From assembly GCA_003693705.1 (NCBI GenBank), contig RBZT01000125.1, positions 62,001-126,000 on the forward strand: a DNA stretch of 64,000 nt. Direction: 5' to 3'. The translations under genes were made by a program, and so were the position numbers. Below, piece after piece: positions 50,801-64,000 of the stretch (position 1 is the first letter of the stretch; the number at the start of each line of letters is the position of its first letter). Source of the DNA: Polymyxa betae A26-41 (lineage: Eukaryota > Protista > Endomyxa: Phytomyxea). The notes below the pieces were generated by a model that saw only the letters and a list, made by a program, of their open reading frames with translations, had not been told where the DNA came from and did not search any database.

Positions 50801-53800
50801 CTTCAGAGGGAGGGTCGGCACCATTTCATTGACCGTTTCAGATGAAAGATGAGCGTTTGTGGAAGATTATCGAGCACAACGCGTTTCAGGGTTGTCTCAG
50901 TTCGAACGCCACAGGCATCACATTCAACACCGCTGAGCTTCTCACTAGCAGCATACGCCTCCAGCGATTCCGACAGGTTTTTGAAACCTTTCACCTAAAT
51001 CCGACTCTTAATATCGACATATAAGAGATGCCAGACAGATAACAGACCTGAAGTGACACGTTGGAAAAATCTTCGAAACGCTCCCTGATTGATCCACATC
51101 CGCCCTGACAAAGCATCTGGTTGCATAACCGTCCTCCAAATACATCTTTCAGCAGGGTTTCATGCTTGCTGCCCTTCAGCGCCAACTCGATTCGGTCAAC
51201 AAGAACGTTAAAGAATTCTTGAGCGTCCTGCTGAACACGAACATCAATGGGCGCTCCAGATTCATCTGTAAACGCCAGATTACGAAACCGAATCAGAACC
51301 TCAACAAACTTGCCTGTATAAGCGCCACAGAATCCGGATGTATCGAAAGCGGCACACGATGATATCGCCATGTTGGCCAGCATGATCTGTAGCTGATGCA
51401 GGAGCATGCGATGGTTCCGAATCGTATCGGATGGAGGCGGCTCATCGGGGCAAACGGCCTCGATCAGGCCGTTTCTCAGCGCTGGGATCATGAACAGTTG
51501 CGATACCAAAGCGTTCATATAACAGGTCGTCCCTTGATTGACCAGCCCGGTATATCCAACCGGGCTACGAACGACTTTTTCAGGTTCATATTCCCATCCA
51601 CGACGAATGCAGGCTTCTTCGGCCTGTTCGTGGGACTCCGGAGAGCAAAATACAAAGAGACAATGCAGAGCGCGCCCAAGATTGTCCTGCGAGCTCGAGC
51701 ACAGCAATGATACGCAGGAGAATGCCGCACGACGAGTCGGAGTTGAGCGACATTTTGGTAACTCTGATGAGCCGATTCCGAACAGGCAATCGTTTAACAG
51801 AACTTCAATGGCTCCAATCAGACCTGCTCGTTGACACAGCGACTGATGCGATGAACATAGCACAGTCAGAATGTCGATAATACCCAGCAGTAACTCGTCA
51901 GTTAGTGGAGATGAAAGTGTACCAGGTTGTTCAACAGAAACATGAATCTTGAGGGCTTGAACGAAACGGTCAACCAACGATTCATATTTCTCTGGGCTGA
52001 TGGGAGCAGCAGCAAATCGCTCAAGCAACAGCTTTTTCAGAAGACCGAAGAATTGCCCACTTGGTGAACTTTCGATCACGCGCAGCTGCGACTGTAAATA
52101 ATCGAGAATCAGCGAATGGAATTCTTCACGCTGCTGGCAAATGCAATACAGCGTCGATTGCATCTGCTCTCGAATAGCCCGGACATGGCAAACCAGGGGA
52201 GCGTATAGGGCGGCCAGCACGGTCTCTGATTGCAGATGCCGATAAAACGTATCGGGGACGGTCAGCGAAATCCATTTCAGCAGTTGCAGATCAAAATGGA
52301 TGGCGCACGTCGCTGACCAGGCCGAGCGGGTTGTATCCGATGATGACATACGAAGCGCTAAATTAACTGAGCGATCAAGGATGTCATCGAAACGTAGCCA
52401 TGGAAGCCTTTTCTCAAATAGGGATGAAGCGGAATCCGATCCAGATGATTCGTTACGGATCATGGTCTGATACGCACTGGCCAACACCAGAACTGATTTC
52501 AGCAGCAACGCCAAACAGAAAAATGCCACATCGTCATTGCCGTCTAAGGCTGGCCCGTTCAGGAAGACATTGTACAGATGACGGAATCCTCCCGTTTCGA
52601 TGAATGTCGTCGCCCATTCAGTGCACTTGGCGACGTGGTCGGGAGCGGTTTCGTCGGCACTTGTAGCCAGGACAGCGGCGTTGCCAAGCTGGGACGATTT
52701 CGAGGACGTCGAGGCCGAATCTAAACGACGTTCAGGACCTAAATTGTGACGGCATTGTAGTCACCGCTCGTATCGCCGGCGTCTTCGTCCTCGTCGTCGG
52801 TGTTTTCGTCGAATAAACCCGTCATCACATCAATGTCCATATCAGTCCAATCGCTGTTGCTGATGGCGCCCTGGATAATCTGCAGCGAGTACATCAACCT
52901 GAATGCCGACTTCATATCGAAGACCGATTCCCAGTACGACTCAGAAAGTTCAGTGAGTTCTAGAATGACAAATGAGAATGGTCTTGAAAACAGAGTCAGT
53001 TTGATCACCCGCTGTGGCGGTCATCTTATCCAGCTCCATAATTTGCCGTCTCAGGGTCGGATTGGTCGGAATCGACATCAATAGGCGCCAAACCTGGCCC
53101 GAAATCCGATGATCTCCCAATTCCAACGCTCGGAACAATGTGGCGAAATAATCAGGACAGCTCGACAGAATGTCGCGTGCGGAACCCGACGCCATATCGT
53201 TGGTCGTCTGGAAACCATCGATATCTTGGTCGAAACCCTAAAACAAACACAAAGTAAATTCTTTGAATCAACGATTCTATGTAAACATTCGACCTGTGAA
53301 CAGAGCCTATGGATGTCCTGCCAGAAGAGATCCGGGCAGCTATTGGCGGCCTGTGTGTATAGCTGGACGCAATTCGACAGTGTGAAATTGCAGTTTCCGG
53401 ATGCATACTCGTTCAGGAACATCTTCGCGTTAGCTGGCCCATCCGGACAGACCACTTTGGCGACACTAGACACCGAGAGGAAGCTTTTCAACTAAAGGAA
53501 ATGGATTATAGAAATCGCTGCGTAACAAGAGCCTTGGCATACTTGTTGATGTGTTAGAGCGCTGGAACCTCGGGAGAACGCGTGAAAGAACCGACAGACA
53601 GCGGAATAGGCTGTAGGGTTTAGAGTGCTGTGAGATGTCAACAATCTGGATGAATTCGAATTCCAGTCAGATGCCGATGAACGTTTGACCGTGCACATCA
53701 GATGTAGTGTGTGCGGCTACATAACATTCATTCGGCAAATGAGGGACCAGTACAGCTCAAAGATTACCTGTTGGTTGCGAAAAGCGAACGCCCCATGTGC

Positions 53801-56800
53801 CCCGACGACCTGCCTCTTTTGTCGTTTTTTCTTGGGCGTGATCACTTCGCACCCGTTTCGAAACGGGTTGCAGATTTCCTCGATAGATCGATCATCTTCC
53901 AATAACGAGAGCTCGGCACCGTTTAAGAACATACGAACGTGATGGACCTCGGCGCCGATTTTCGAAGCGATCATCTTACGCAGCCAGTGCAAGCTAGCTC
54001 GGGCAGGTTGCACGATTACAAATGAGGGTGCTCCCGAACATGTAATTCGGAAGGATATCGACGAATCATCGCCATTCAGACCAGTTAACATTCGGCTATG
54101 GCTGAAGCTCTTCGAATCTAACTCGGCACAATCTGCCATGAGATGCGAGATAAGACGAAGGAGCCGTCGAATTCGCGGGAGATCGCGAGAGTCAATGAAA
54201 TCGGTCATCCTTCGCATAATGTCTGTGATGTAATCCAGACGACGGCCACAGTAAAGCTGATTTAAAAATGCAATCGTTGAGCAAGAGACTTTCCTGTCAG
54301 TTGTTTCCAGCAGAAGCTTCCAGATGAAATCAATCCCATCCGGTTCCGGTGCTACGAGCTGATAGGGTGGGCCACAAATTTTCTCATTCGCGGAATTGAC
54401 TCGGAAAAAGTAATGTTCAATGCATGCATAAGCGGCTTGGGATATTTCTGAAGATTTCAACGAGCACAGCTTGTGAATAAATAAGTGATTGACGGCGTCT
54501 GTAGTGCACTTCTTGGAACCACATTCAGATGAACCAAGATCCTCGACAATTTCCTGGAACCATTCGAAAGCGAGATCTTTCTGCTTTGCTGATATCGCTC
54601 GTACGAAGAGAGCATCCCAAAGAATGTCGATTTGTTCACTGGAAAGGCAGGTGGTCGATTCTGACAGAATATATTTCAAAAACCCGAGCCGAATTCCGAG
54701 ATTCTCCATATATGAGCATCCAGATTGATTGAACTCCTCCTTGTCAAAAGTGTCACTATTAACATCAGCTGATTTTGCCTGAACCAGATCTTGAGCGCTG
54801 CCGACGAACGCAACCAATTCATCAAATACGGATTTGAGGAGTTGACAACGGGTGACGAGCCAATCGAGGAGTTCCGAGCGGGACGAATAGAGCGGCGGCA
54901 AATCTTCCGATTGTGTTTGCTGGCCTGGAATCCCGCTGCCAGGAGCCGGGCCAACAGACTGAGCGCCACTGCTACCGAAAAGCACATTACCAATATAGCC
55001 GCCGTGCGATGAGCCAGCAGAAATGGCACTCCCTGGAGTTCCGTTCATGAGCGCGTTTCGGTAAAGCAGGTTATCGATGGCGGCTCTATCACGCAACGAC
55101 ATCGCAACGTTCTGAACGAACCGCATGTTCTGTATGACACTGATGCGCTCGGGAATATTTCTGGTGGCGAGCACGACGAATTTGATTCGTTGACCAAGCA
55201 AGATCGTTTCCTTGGAGGTGCCCTTATCAGACAGGGACATACTGGGCCTCCTCAATGCGGTGTTAGGCTGCGACGAGAGCTGCAGCATTTTTTCGAGGCG
55301 GATTCGCGCCTCTTTGGCAAGCTCCGATGATCCACCCTGCATGGCTTTCCACATCAAATTAAGAGCGGTAGAGTCGTCGCGATGCAGCCGCCGAATCATG
55401 TCGAGAGTATGTACGACGTAATCTTTCTGGTCGACGTCGCTTACGAGCTGTAACAAATGCGAAACATGATCATCGGATAGGTCGAAAGCGATCTCGTCAA
55501 GAACCGTGTAAAGAATCTGAGTAGCAGATTCGTCCTGCCAACGCATCGAGCGTTTAATTGCGTTCCAGATAAGGTCAAGATGATCAGTCGTCATCTGCCC
55601 TTCGGAGCACATAAACCGAAGAAGTTCGCTGGCCCGTTTCATGAGCTGTGGATGAGCGTGTTCGCCAAATGCATCCTCCCAGACGCCGTTATCGTCCATC
55701 CACTTGATAAACGCCTTTGAATCTAGCCACTGCCAGCGGTAAGCTGCCCACCCGCAATCAGTGGCGCTGGGGCTGGAGCGGTTGAAGGAATCTCGGCTCT
55801 TGCAGATGTGCATCGTGTCGTGCAGAAACTCCATACCATTTAACTGACGTTCAACGATCGGAGATCGGAATCGTTTAAGAGCCATGCTGAGCTCGAATTC
55901 GTCGAGTCGACGAGCGATTTCAATCTTGGACGATATTCGAAGTAGTGGCGTGCGAATCACCAAGACAAACTCACTGAGAAATTCTTTGCTAAGCGGTCGC
56001 ATTTCGACGTCGTTTAATTCGAGGATTCTGTCAAACAGCACTTTGCAACACTCCCCAATGACCTCGTTGGCGTAAACCTTCGACATCACAGGAGCAGTCT
56101 GCCTTAGGATGAAGGCGACCGAGCGAATTTCATCCAACGATGCGTGTGGCGCAGACTGAATACGCTTACAAAGAAGCCGGAAGCCGTCAGCCTCGGCAAA
56201 ACATGAAACAACATGAGGCAACAAATCGCCACCCATGATAGGACCCCGATACATCGCAAAAACGTTGTCCCGGTCTTTGGAATCGTTAATGCGCCACTCT
56301 TCAGGATACATAATCTCGACACCAGCTGATGGTCGCCCTCCAACGGCGACTGATAAATGCGGCTGCAAACGGGCACTGGTCCTTGGTAGCCACTCGTTGT
56401 ATGCAGAAGCCCAGCCGTCATATGAAACCTGTACAAGACCTTCCTGCTGTTGAACAGCAACTATTTGAGCTGTATACCATTTTCCTATATGGTCGATACA
56501 ATCGACTTTCGAGCCGACTGTTAGAGCTTGACGCCATTCTTCAATGGGGTCGGGAAGAGGTGCGTCCAGGCTCGATAGGAACGGAGACATAATGGGAATG
56601 GCTTTCTCTGAAACCAGTACACCAAAACGTTGTGATTGGAGCTCGATTAGCGGTCGATGATGCGAGAACGACAAGATTTTTGTGGCTTGGCAGACTCCTT
56701 CCGGATCTAGCCAATGGCAAAATGAGTTACGTCTCAGCTGGGTCGCCCAATGATTCTGTAGAACAGGAATCGCTTCACAGTCCGCTTCTTTCGTTCGTCG

Positions 56801-57323
56801 ATGATCGAATGTGTTATAGACATTGACATTTCGGTCGGTTAATATACGAAGTATGTGCATTGCTAGAAGGACAAAGCGGTAATCTCGTCGACAGAGTAAA
56901 TCAAGCGCCATCTGCACGAGTGACTCCAAAATATGCAGGATTGCTTGTAGCGAGTGGTTAGTAGCCGGGTATCCTGGAGACCCAGGATTGACAATACTTT
57001 GCGTCATTCGGCCCTAAAATATCATTTTCAAACTTAGACCTGATAAGTAAAAGGCGCTGGTTAAAGCAGCAAAATAAGTCAAAAACAACACAAAACTTAG
57101 AAATACTTTGAACGAAGCTCAATGACAAACAAGCAGAGCTTACCATAAACCTGGCAATCGCCTCGAAAGACGCATCTGGCAGGTTTTTAACCTGATCGGC
57201 AATATGGCCGAGGCGAGTAGCCCATTCTAGTATTTCAGCCTGCGAGCCAGCTCCAGCTTCCACAGCATCGATTAGCTGCAAGATGTCTTCCAAAGAATAC
57301 CCGGTCGTCTCGTCCGAAGCCAT
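47868..57323 (-). CDS. Very large ubiquitin-specific protease (USP9X/USP24/USP34 type)
   Basis: Cys box GLVNQGTTCYMNALVSQLF, QQDAQEFF, LIFHLKRF, His box YELVGVIIHIGTADAGHYFSYIK, WLEFND, NAYMLVY; long helical N-terminus with a Tudor-like insert and a UBL. Confidence 0.93.
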
Positions 57324-58149
57324 GGTTTCGTGCGACTAAACTGGAGCTCCGCTGAAATAACGTCGGCCGCTCCCGACTAGCTCGGCATGAACCAATATGG
57401 GAATGAGAGGCCACAATACGAAATGGAGAGACGCTGAATCTTACCCAGCAGTAAGAGGCAAGCAGACCAACTCACAGCAAGAAAAAATTGCAAAACCTCA
57501 CCAGAGAACAATGTCCGTAAGTTATTCTCGTCACCGTGACCGGCCCCAATGTCACTTTGATTCTAAACTTGTTGTGTCGTGCTTATTAGTAACCGAGCTG
57601 CCGCTGCGTAAACCGAAATTCGTAAGAACAAAGAGTGGATCATGATAGAGCCGTCGACTGTGACCCCCTAACTGTTGCAAATCATCCCCGTGGCAGCAAG
57701 TTTTTAACTCCAATCAAACGATTACGAAAGGCTAGCTTGGGGCTGTCCAATTTTGTCTGTTTGGCGTTTAAAGTTTGAACCGACTCCAAGCCCCAAAGTG
57801 ACATCAAAGCAGCGCTTTGATGAAAATTCGCAATAGAAAAAGACGTTCGCAAACATGAGCCCATGTTTAGGCTGGTGAGATCTCTTCACAAGTTTTACAG
57901 TAGCAAAAAAAATTGGTAGGACACTGAGAGCCAGAGAGCGGCAAAAAAAATTGGAAAAGTGCGATGAACTGCCGCTTTGCGTTATGCTCGACGCAGTTCG
58001 CGATTGGTAATAAATGTCTTTTACACGACTGTAACATTCACCGCGTACAACACGGCGTGATACGCTTGGGGCCTGACTTGTTTGCGTTCACTTTATTATT
58101 ATCTATCCTCTACAGCTTAGGAAATCGAAATCGCCTAATAGTCATATCG

Positions 58150-58898
58150 ATGATTTGCTGGCAACTCCCAGGATACGATGCCTTATCAGCAGAGCGATCG
58201 CATAGCGACTTCCGGTAACATGAAGCTATCAATAGACAAGGATGACGCGATAGAACACGGTCACAAGCGTGCGTTTCGTTTTATTCATCATCGGATCAAG
58301 GCACACAATGCCTAACTTGCGAAACCCCAGTTTCAACTTCATCTCTTGCAGAATGTTTTCCACAGCTTTGTAGGACTTAATTCCAAACAAGTTGTCATTC
58401 GCTTTGGAATCAGAAGTCGTCAAAAAATGGATTACATTTGTCCAGCCAGTATATTGGGAAGGCAGGAAAGACTCGCTGGGTTGAACATCTCATTAGTTAA
58501 TCCAAATTCCGAGGTGAAAGATAGTGTTCTCATTGGCGATTAAGTATTCGCCATTGACCAGTCGGGGAATGAACTCCTCATCACAGTTCAACATGAGCGA
58601 CATCGTCTCTAGGCTGCAAAACCGCCTGCAGGAAGGGAAAACAACTTACCGCTCTGAAGTTCTGCGAAGTCGATACTACAGAGAACGCCTGCCGTACCCC
58701 TATGTCAAAGGACAGGATAACTCTGTAGTTCCAATCAGCCGTCGACAGAGACCACAGCTCTGCTTTGAATTCGCCGAAGATTGATTCTCCAATCATCACG
58801 GAATCCCCTGCATATCCTCGACCGAGAACTTCAAACTTATTTTCTGGCGTATCGCAAGTGATGATTGACGCCGGCATCTGCAGCGTTGCAGCCAGTTA
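58150..58898 (+). CDS. Possible small multi-exon hypothetical gene; exon structure unresolved
   Basis: Several short + strand coding-like segments and intron-like GT..AG stretches; AATAAA-like site near 58938. Confidence 0.3.
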
Positions 58899-58984
58899 AA
58901 AGCCCTTTTATTCTTAATGTTTAATTGGGTGATCGCAAATAAATAATCCAGAGCTGCAGTGAGAGCTTTGTAATCGGCAATGTT

Positions 58985-59786
58985 TCAATGGCTGAGCAAT
59001 TGGCCGAGTGCTTGAAGGGATCCCTGCAGTGAAAGTGGTGTTGCGCCATCTGTATGGCTCAATGATGCTCCGGCCTCGTCATTCTCAATTCGTCTCCTCT
59101 CCGCTAGAAAGCCTTCGCCCTCGTTCTGGAGATGCTGCGCCTGTGCCACGTCCATCTGCGCTTGGACGATATTGCCAGCATGCAAATGGGCCCAAGCACG
59201 CTGGTAGTAGATTTTAAGGCTGTTTCCTTCCAGCGTCAGACATTCATCGTAGAGCATGATCGCCTTCCGGAAAAGCTTCCTCTCTATGTACTTTAGTAAT
59301 TTAGCAATTTCGTTAGAATGTTAGTAAGCTCTCCATAGCTTACCTGTTTGGCTTTTTCGTTCAAGGCCATCAGCAAAGCATCAGTTGCAGTCTCAGGAAC
59401 GACTTGTACGGCTTCCCCTAACAACGATGATTTCATGTTTTTGGGATCAGAGCATCTGTCTTACGAAGTTTATGAATCGCACGACCATATCGTTTTTTCT
59501 GAAGGTGACGGATTCCTTGTTCCATTGCCATAAGGCTGGCCTCTTGCAGACTGTCGTCTTGGGTGTCATCCTCTTCGATTTCTTCGCGATCAGGAAAGCG
59601 TCCGTTTCCGTTTAGAAGATTGCAGACGTCGTTATAAGCAACATAGCATTCCTCTGAGTACCCTTCTTTCTCTAACGATTCTGCTAGATAGCTGCGAGCT
59701 TCCTCGTAATGGCCACCATCAAACAGCGTAACGCCACGTTCAAATCTCGATTTTCGTCGTTCGCCCATGCAGGAATCCTGTCTCAT
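58985..59786 (-). CDS. TPR-repeat protein
   Basis: FERGVTLFDGGHYEEARSYL, EQGIRHLQKKRYGRAI, KAIMLYDECLTL..IYYQRAWAHL..GNIVQAQMD; two introns. Confidence 0.75.
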
Positions 59787-60806
59787 ACGAGATTCAATAT
59801 AGATGTCCGTTCTTCTCAAATTTCAGGAACGGATTACACTAGAGGTGCAGACGGAATTGGTCGTCCGATGTTTAGGATGAGAGCGGAAGACGACTGGTTC
59901 GAGATGTCAACGTCGGTTTGGAGACGTTTCAGAATCTAACAGATTAGAACAATGCAAACCTCTGGCGGCCCCGTTCTGTGTGATAAAAAATCTGCCTCAC
60001 TGACTGTGACAACATCACGACGAAGCCCTCGACACCTCTTCAGTCTGTATTGTGATATGGTTATGCAACATGCTGTGCTGACATTCTGGAAACGACTGAG
60101 AGAGCCTTTTGGTTGAGACTGTTCCCTCTATCTTTTATTTACCACGCTGTCAAGCTCCTACCAACTTATTATTGAGCTAGTGAAATCGCATCTGCTCCCC
60201 GAGTTGACAGATCATCGAGTAAAATTCTCCCTGTATCAATGGCAAAGCCTCCAATCAAATGTATATGGGAGATTGTTCGACTATCAGGTTACGAAGTGAA
60301 AGTTCCTCGCTGCTTGATTCGAGCACTTGCTCTTCTGTCCGGCCCGTATAATCGTGTACAAAGTTTGGGCCGATTGCCGCAAGCTATCGACGAGTAAGGA
60401 GCGGAAGTGAACCATCGAATCGCTGAGGTTTGAACCATAGCGGTTCCGTGTCATTGGCGTTCGGTCTGACGTATGCTTTGGTAAATATGAAAACTCTTTC
60501 TGATTTTGAACAAATCTCAATATATTATTTCCACCAAGCGTTAAGAATATCATCCAAACATGGGTGAATCATAATATGGATTCGCTAGGAATTTATCTGA
60601 CGGCCGTTCAACAAGCACGATGCTTGTGCTTCAAGGTGTTTCCACTCTAGCAAAAGACAGCGTTAATTAGAGGTTATTCCGAACTCATACAAGATTTCAG
60701 CCCGTTCGATGTGACGAGCATCTGATGGTGGGCGTTGGAGCCCGCCGTTGTCTGTTGTTGCGATTTCAGTGGTTCCTTTGAAACAAATCAAGCAATCGAC
60801 TCACAA

Positions 60807-61932
60807 ATGCTGGATGAGTGGCAACCACGTCAACGTCAATTCCAACGTCGTGCTTGCCTTAATCGCTTAGCGATCATTGCCTCCATACTCGCCATTTGTA
60901 CTATTGTATTTCAGATTATTTCTTTCACTGCCATAGCTTCTTTTGATAACACTTCAAAAACCGACAATGCTCAACCAAATGTTGCCCTCGATCGAGAGAG
61001 TTTTCAAGTTGAAGAGACAATGAAAGAAGTTTTGTTATCAGGAGTGAAGACGTCTGAAGATATTTGCTTAGGGATGGCTTCGGGAATCAAATTTCCAGAA
61101 CTCGCGATTTTTGTCAAATCTTTTCGTCGAACAGCACCAAATGCTCTCCTGGTTTTATTTATTGATAAGAGAACTCCATCAGAGCACCTCCAACTGCTAG
61201 CACAGTATGACGTCGAAACTGTGATGTCTGATCTGGAAACAGATCTACCTATCACAGCCAGGACATTCCATCCATCCAATTATCGATGGATTCTGTTAAG
61301 GAATTACTTGAAGCGAATTGATCCAAATCCACAAAGTCGAATTTTGTTGGTTGATGTTCGCGATACAATGTTCCAAAAAAACCCTTTCGACATCATACCA
61401 GCAAAGGAGGACGGAATCTGGATTTCTCTTGAAGCAGGCGGTCCTATCTTCAGTGTATGCCATACTAAAACCCATTCATTTGCAACAATATTCCTGACTG
61501 CATTCATAGTGTGGATGGAACAGAGGATGGGTTCAAGATTGTTTCGGCGACGCGGTCCTGAACAGAGTCGGGAATCAGAAGATCTCGTGCTCAGGAGTGA
61601 CGTTAGGCAGAGCAGATGACATCCAGAACTACTTGAATCAGATGGCGAACGAAATCGAATCACGTGCCACTTGCGAACGAAACGGTGTTGACCAAGGCGT
61701 CCACAATGTCTTAATCTGGACAAAACGTCTGCCCAATATTCACTTTATCAGGATTGACGACGGTCAGATCGCCCATGTCCAAGCCATGGCTCAAGATGAC
61801 ATTGAGATTGGTGACGATTTTGTCCTGGCGGCCAACGCAGCGCCATCCCCGGTACCGTTCGCAATCGTTCATCAGTATGATCGCAGGCCCGATCTGACAG
61901 CTCTGTTTCATCGAATATGCAATGTAGAATGA
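60807..61932 (+). CDS. Type II membrane GT-A-fold glycosyltransferase-like protein
   Basis: N-terminal signal-anchor; ILLVDVRDTMFQKNPF (DxxD), SCSGVTLG, DQGVHN, IVHQYDR; one intron. Confidence 0.8.
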
Positions 61933-62264
61933 CGATCGAGTCACCAGCAAGTCTCTCTCCTTTCTCTTTTGTCTCTTCTATCCAGAAACCCTAATCCCAG
62001 TCGCTGGAGAACACTGTCAGAGCTAGTTTTCAACCATGTAACGTTACGTAATCGGCGTTCAAGCGAAGCGGCATATTGACGATCGTAGAGAAGATAGTGC
62101 GGCCCTACATCCCGATACGTATGAGAGAAGTGACTGGGGTCTGGGGGTTGCAGTCTTGTTTCCTGTTCGTGTCTTCAGATCGAATTCGCATCCGCTTTTC
62201 GTTATTGTAGTCGGGTCATCCTGGGCCTATATGCCAGGACTGTCGCTCTAGTGTTGCAGTTTAA

Positions 62265-63524
62265 ATGCAACTCGACCAGCCACAAGGGTCGAGTGAGATC
62301 GGGATGATACCGGGTTTTCGGGTAGCGGATCCTTGTGGAGCGTTCTGTGCTGTTTTAACCATTATCCTCATATTGTATGCCCAATACGTCACTGTATACT
62401 TTCATATATGTGTTTGGATATGAGCTCATAGATATCTTCAGGTCTGGATTGTCATTGTCTCATCACACGGTGTGATCTCGTTTCATGCCTTTTTCTACAC
62501 CATGTCTGCTATTATAAGTGAGCAGTTGCAATAAAACGTGTCTAACGGGTTAATTACTGAGACAGCACTCATTTCCCATTGTCGAGCTCAGTTCACTGAT
62601 CCTGGATTCGTTCCTCGCCATTTTATACCCAAGAATATGCCTGAAGCAACAGTCTTCGAAGGGCCTAGGACATTAGGCGCCATACCTATTGCTAAGAAGG
62701 TCCTGCTACTGCTTTCCTATGATTACTATCGAAAGCTGAATACATTCAGGTTCCAGCTTTAGCTGTTTGTCGTAGGTGTAAGACAGTAAAGCCCAAAGGT
62801 GCTCATCATTGCAGTATCTGTGCCCGCTGTATTGCAAAAATGGATCACCATTGGTATGTTTTCGGGAACTGCTGGGTTTCAGCCATTAAATGCCTCTTAG
62901 TCCATGGGTTAACAATTGTGTTGCTGCTTTTAATCAGAAATACTTTTTGCTATTTCTTGTCTGGACTGCAATTCTTTGCTTCTACTCGGCTGCCATCATC
63001 TGCTTTGGAATCTATTCATGTGCTCAAGATTCGTTGCAGGTGCACTACTTTGTTTGATCAAACGTTTATTTCATCGTTTATTAAAGTGTGCTGATATCGA
63101 CCCTGGCAACATTATCTTGATCATGTTGAACCTTTTTGAAGCCATCCTGTTCGGATGCTTCGTGGCTATTATGCTTTGGGACCAAGTTTCTGCGATTCTT
63201 GAGAACACCCCATATATCGATAAGCTCCAGGTCTAGCTTTCGCCTTACCGGACCCGCTCCGTCGCTGATTTGTCTTTCAGGGTGTGAAGAATGTCACAAG
63301 CCTTGGCCGTATGGCGCTTCTGACTGAAGTATTTGGGGAACGGTTTAGCTGGAGGTGGTTCTTTCCAGTAACAATCCCAAGAAAAGGTGACTGAACAATC
63401 GGGCAACGTGTCTGTCGCTGAAAACAGTGTTTCAGTGAAAGACGATTTCTATCGTGAATGTGAATCGTATTGCCGTGGCGAGATCGACTATACTGATCAT
63501 GATCTAAGCGACGATGATCTTTGA
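62265..63524 (+). CDS. DHHC palmitoyltransferase (ZDHHC3/7-like)
   Basis: [53 protein letters not shown]; start could be 62265 or 62304. Confidence 0.95.
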
Positions 63525-63647
63525 TGTTATAAATTCTGCATCGCCTTGTATAATATTTTTATAAATATTCCGAGTAAATACACGGTCATTGTTCTATAAG
63601 GTTGGGATAACTTCTTCATATTGTTATGACGCAATATTGTCATCATT

Positions 63648-64000
63648 ATGATCAGCAGAATCGTATTAAGGTCTGGTCGTAATCCTTGTCGATTGATGTC
63701 GTCATCTGCCACTCTGTTGGCCAATCATCTGGTGCCAAACAATGACATATCGTCGCCTCTAGACGATGGTCTCACCTACGTTGATGCTTCCTGGCACATG
63801 CCCAACTCTGGACGGAACGCTCGTTCTGAATACCAAACTCATCGTCTGCCAGGGTTCATGCAGCATCATCTCTGCAATTATCATCTGAAAGTCGCTGTAG
63901 CGCCCATTTCTTCGACATCGATGAGGTCAAAGACACGAACAATCCATTGCCTCACATGCTGCCATCATTATCTCAATTTCAAGCTACTTTGCAGAAATGG
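63648..64000 (+). CDS. MPST: 3-mercaptopyruvate/thiosulfate sulfurtransferase (rhodanese), 5' part; runs off the window
   Basis: Arg/Ser-rich presequence, then VDASWHMPNSGRNARSEY..HRLPG/AHFFDIDEVKD..NPLPHMLPS; not in the ORF track. Confidence 0.9.
   Translation, partial: MISRIVLRSGRNPCRLMSSSATLLANHLVPNNDISSPLDDGLTYVDASWHMPNSGRNARSEYQTHRLPGFMQHHLCNYHLKVAVAPISSTSMRSKTRTIHCLTCCHHYLNFKLLCRN

Noticed and set aside
62840-62900. Apparent DHHW in place of the catalytic DHHC in the ORF track
   Set aside because: The Cys codon is split by an intron (TG|gtatgt...ttag|T), which restores DHHCPW.
1-64000. Alternative genetic code or stop-codon readthrough suggested by fragmented ORFs; also CRISPR, tRNA, rRNA or transposons
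   Set aside because: The breaks I examined in conserved genes are explained by short canonical introns under the standard code. I saw no repeat-spacer array, RNA gene or transposase/RT motif.

Overview
A gene-dense eukaryotic nuclear region of roughly 45% GC (estimated by eye). It holds about 35 protein-coding genes, most interrupted by short (~45-60 nt) GT-AG introns, with intergenic gaps often under 300 bp. Axonemal genes (DNALI1/p28, CFAP70-like) show the organism has a flagellated stage. The GC level, intron size and gene density fit a plasmodiophorid/phytomyxid protist such as Spongospora, but that is inference and was not verified. Recognisable genes: MON2 (3' end), GH2 beta-mannosidase, MED4, ATP synthase subunit f, HMG-box protein, CFAP70-like, UBL-UBA protein, DNALI1, SEN15, UBC12, METTL21-type methyltransferase, calcineurin-B-like EF-hand protein, tau-tubulin kinase, CENP-S, XRN2, C2HC zinc-finger protein, SAYSD1, RPL27, RPL6, PGAP1, GH15, Ku70, a giant USP9/24/34-type deubiquitinase, a TPR protein, a GT-A glycosyltransferase, a DHHC palmitoyltransferase and an MPST rhodanese (5' part). 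I found no rRNA, tRNA, CRISPR array or intact mobile element, and no single multi-gene novel system. The best leads are: (1) three intronless secreted orphan proteins (Gly/His-rich, 10-Cys, C-type-lectin); (2) SAYSD1 fused to a SecA-type SEC-C zinc motif; (3) a proteobacterial-looking GH15 with 7 introns behind palindromic G-box sites; (4) a TTBK kinase with tandem CCCH fingers; (5) a candidate two-hairpin ncRNA. Exon boundaries were read by eye and are approximate.
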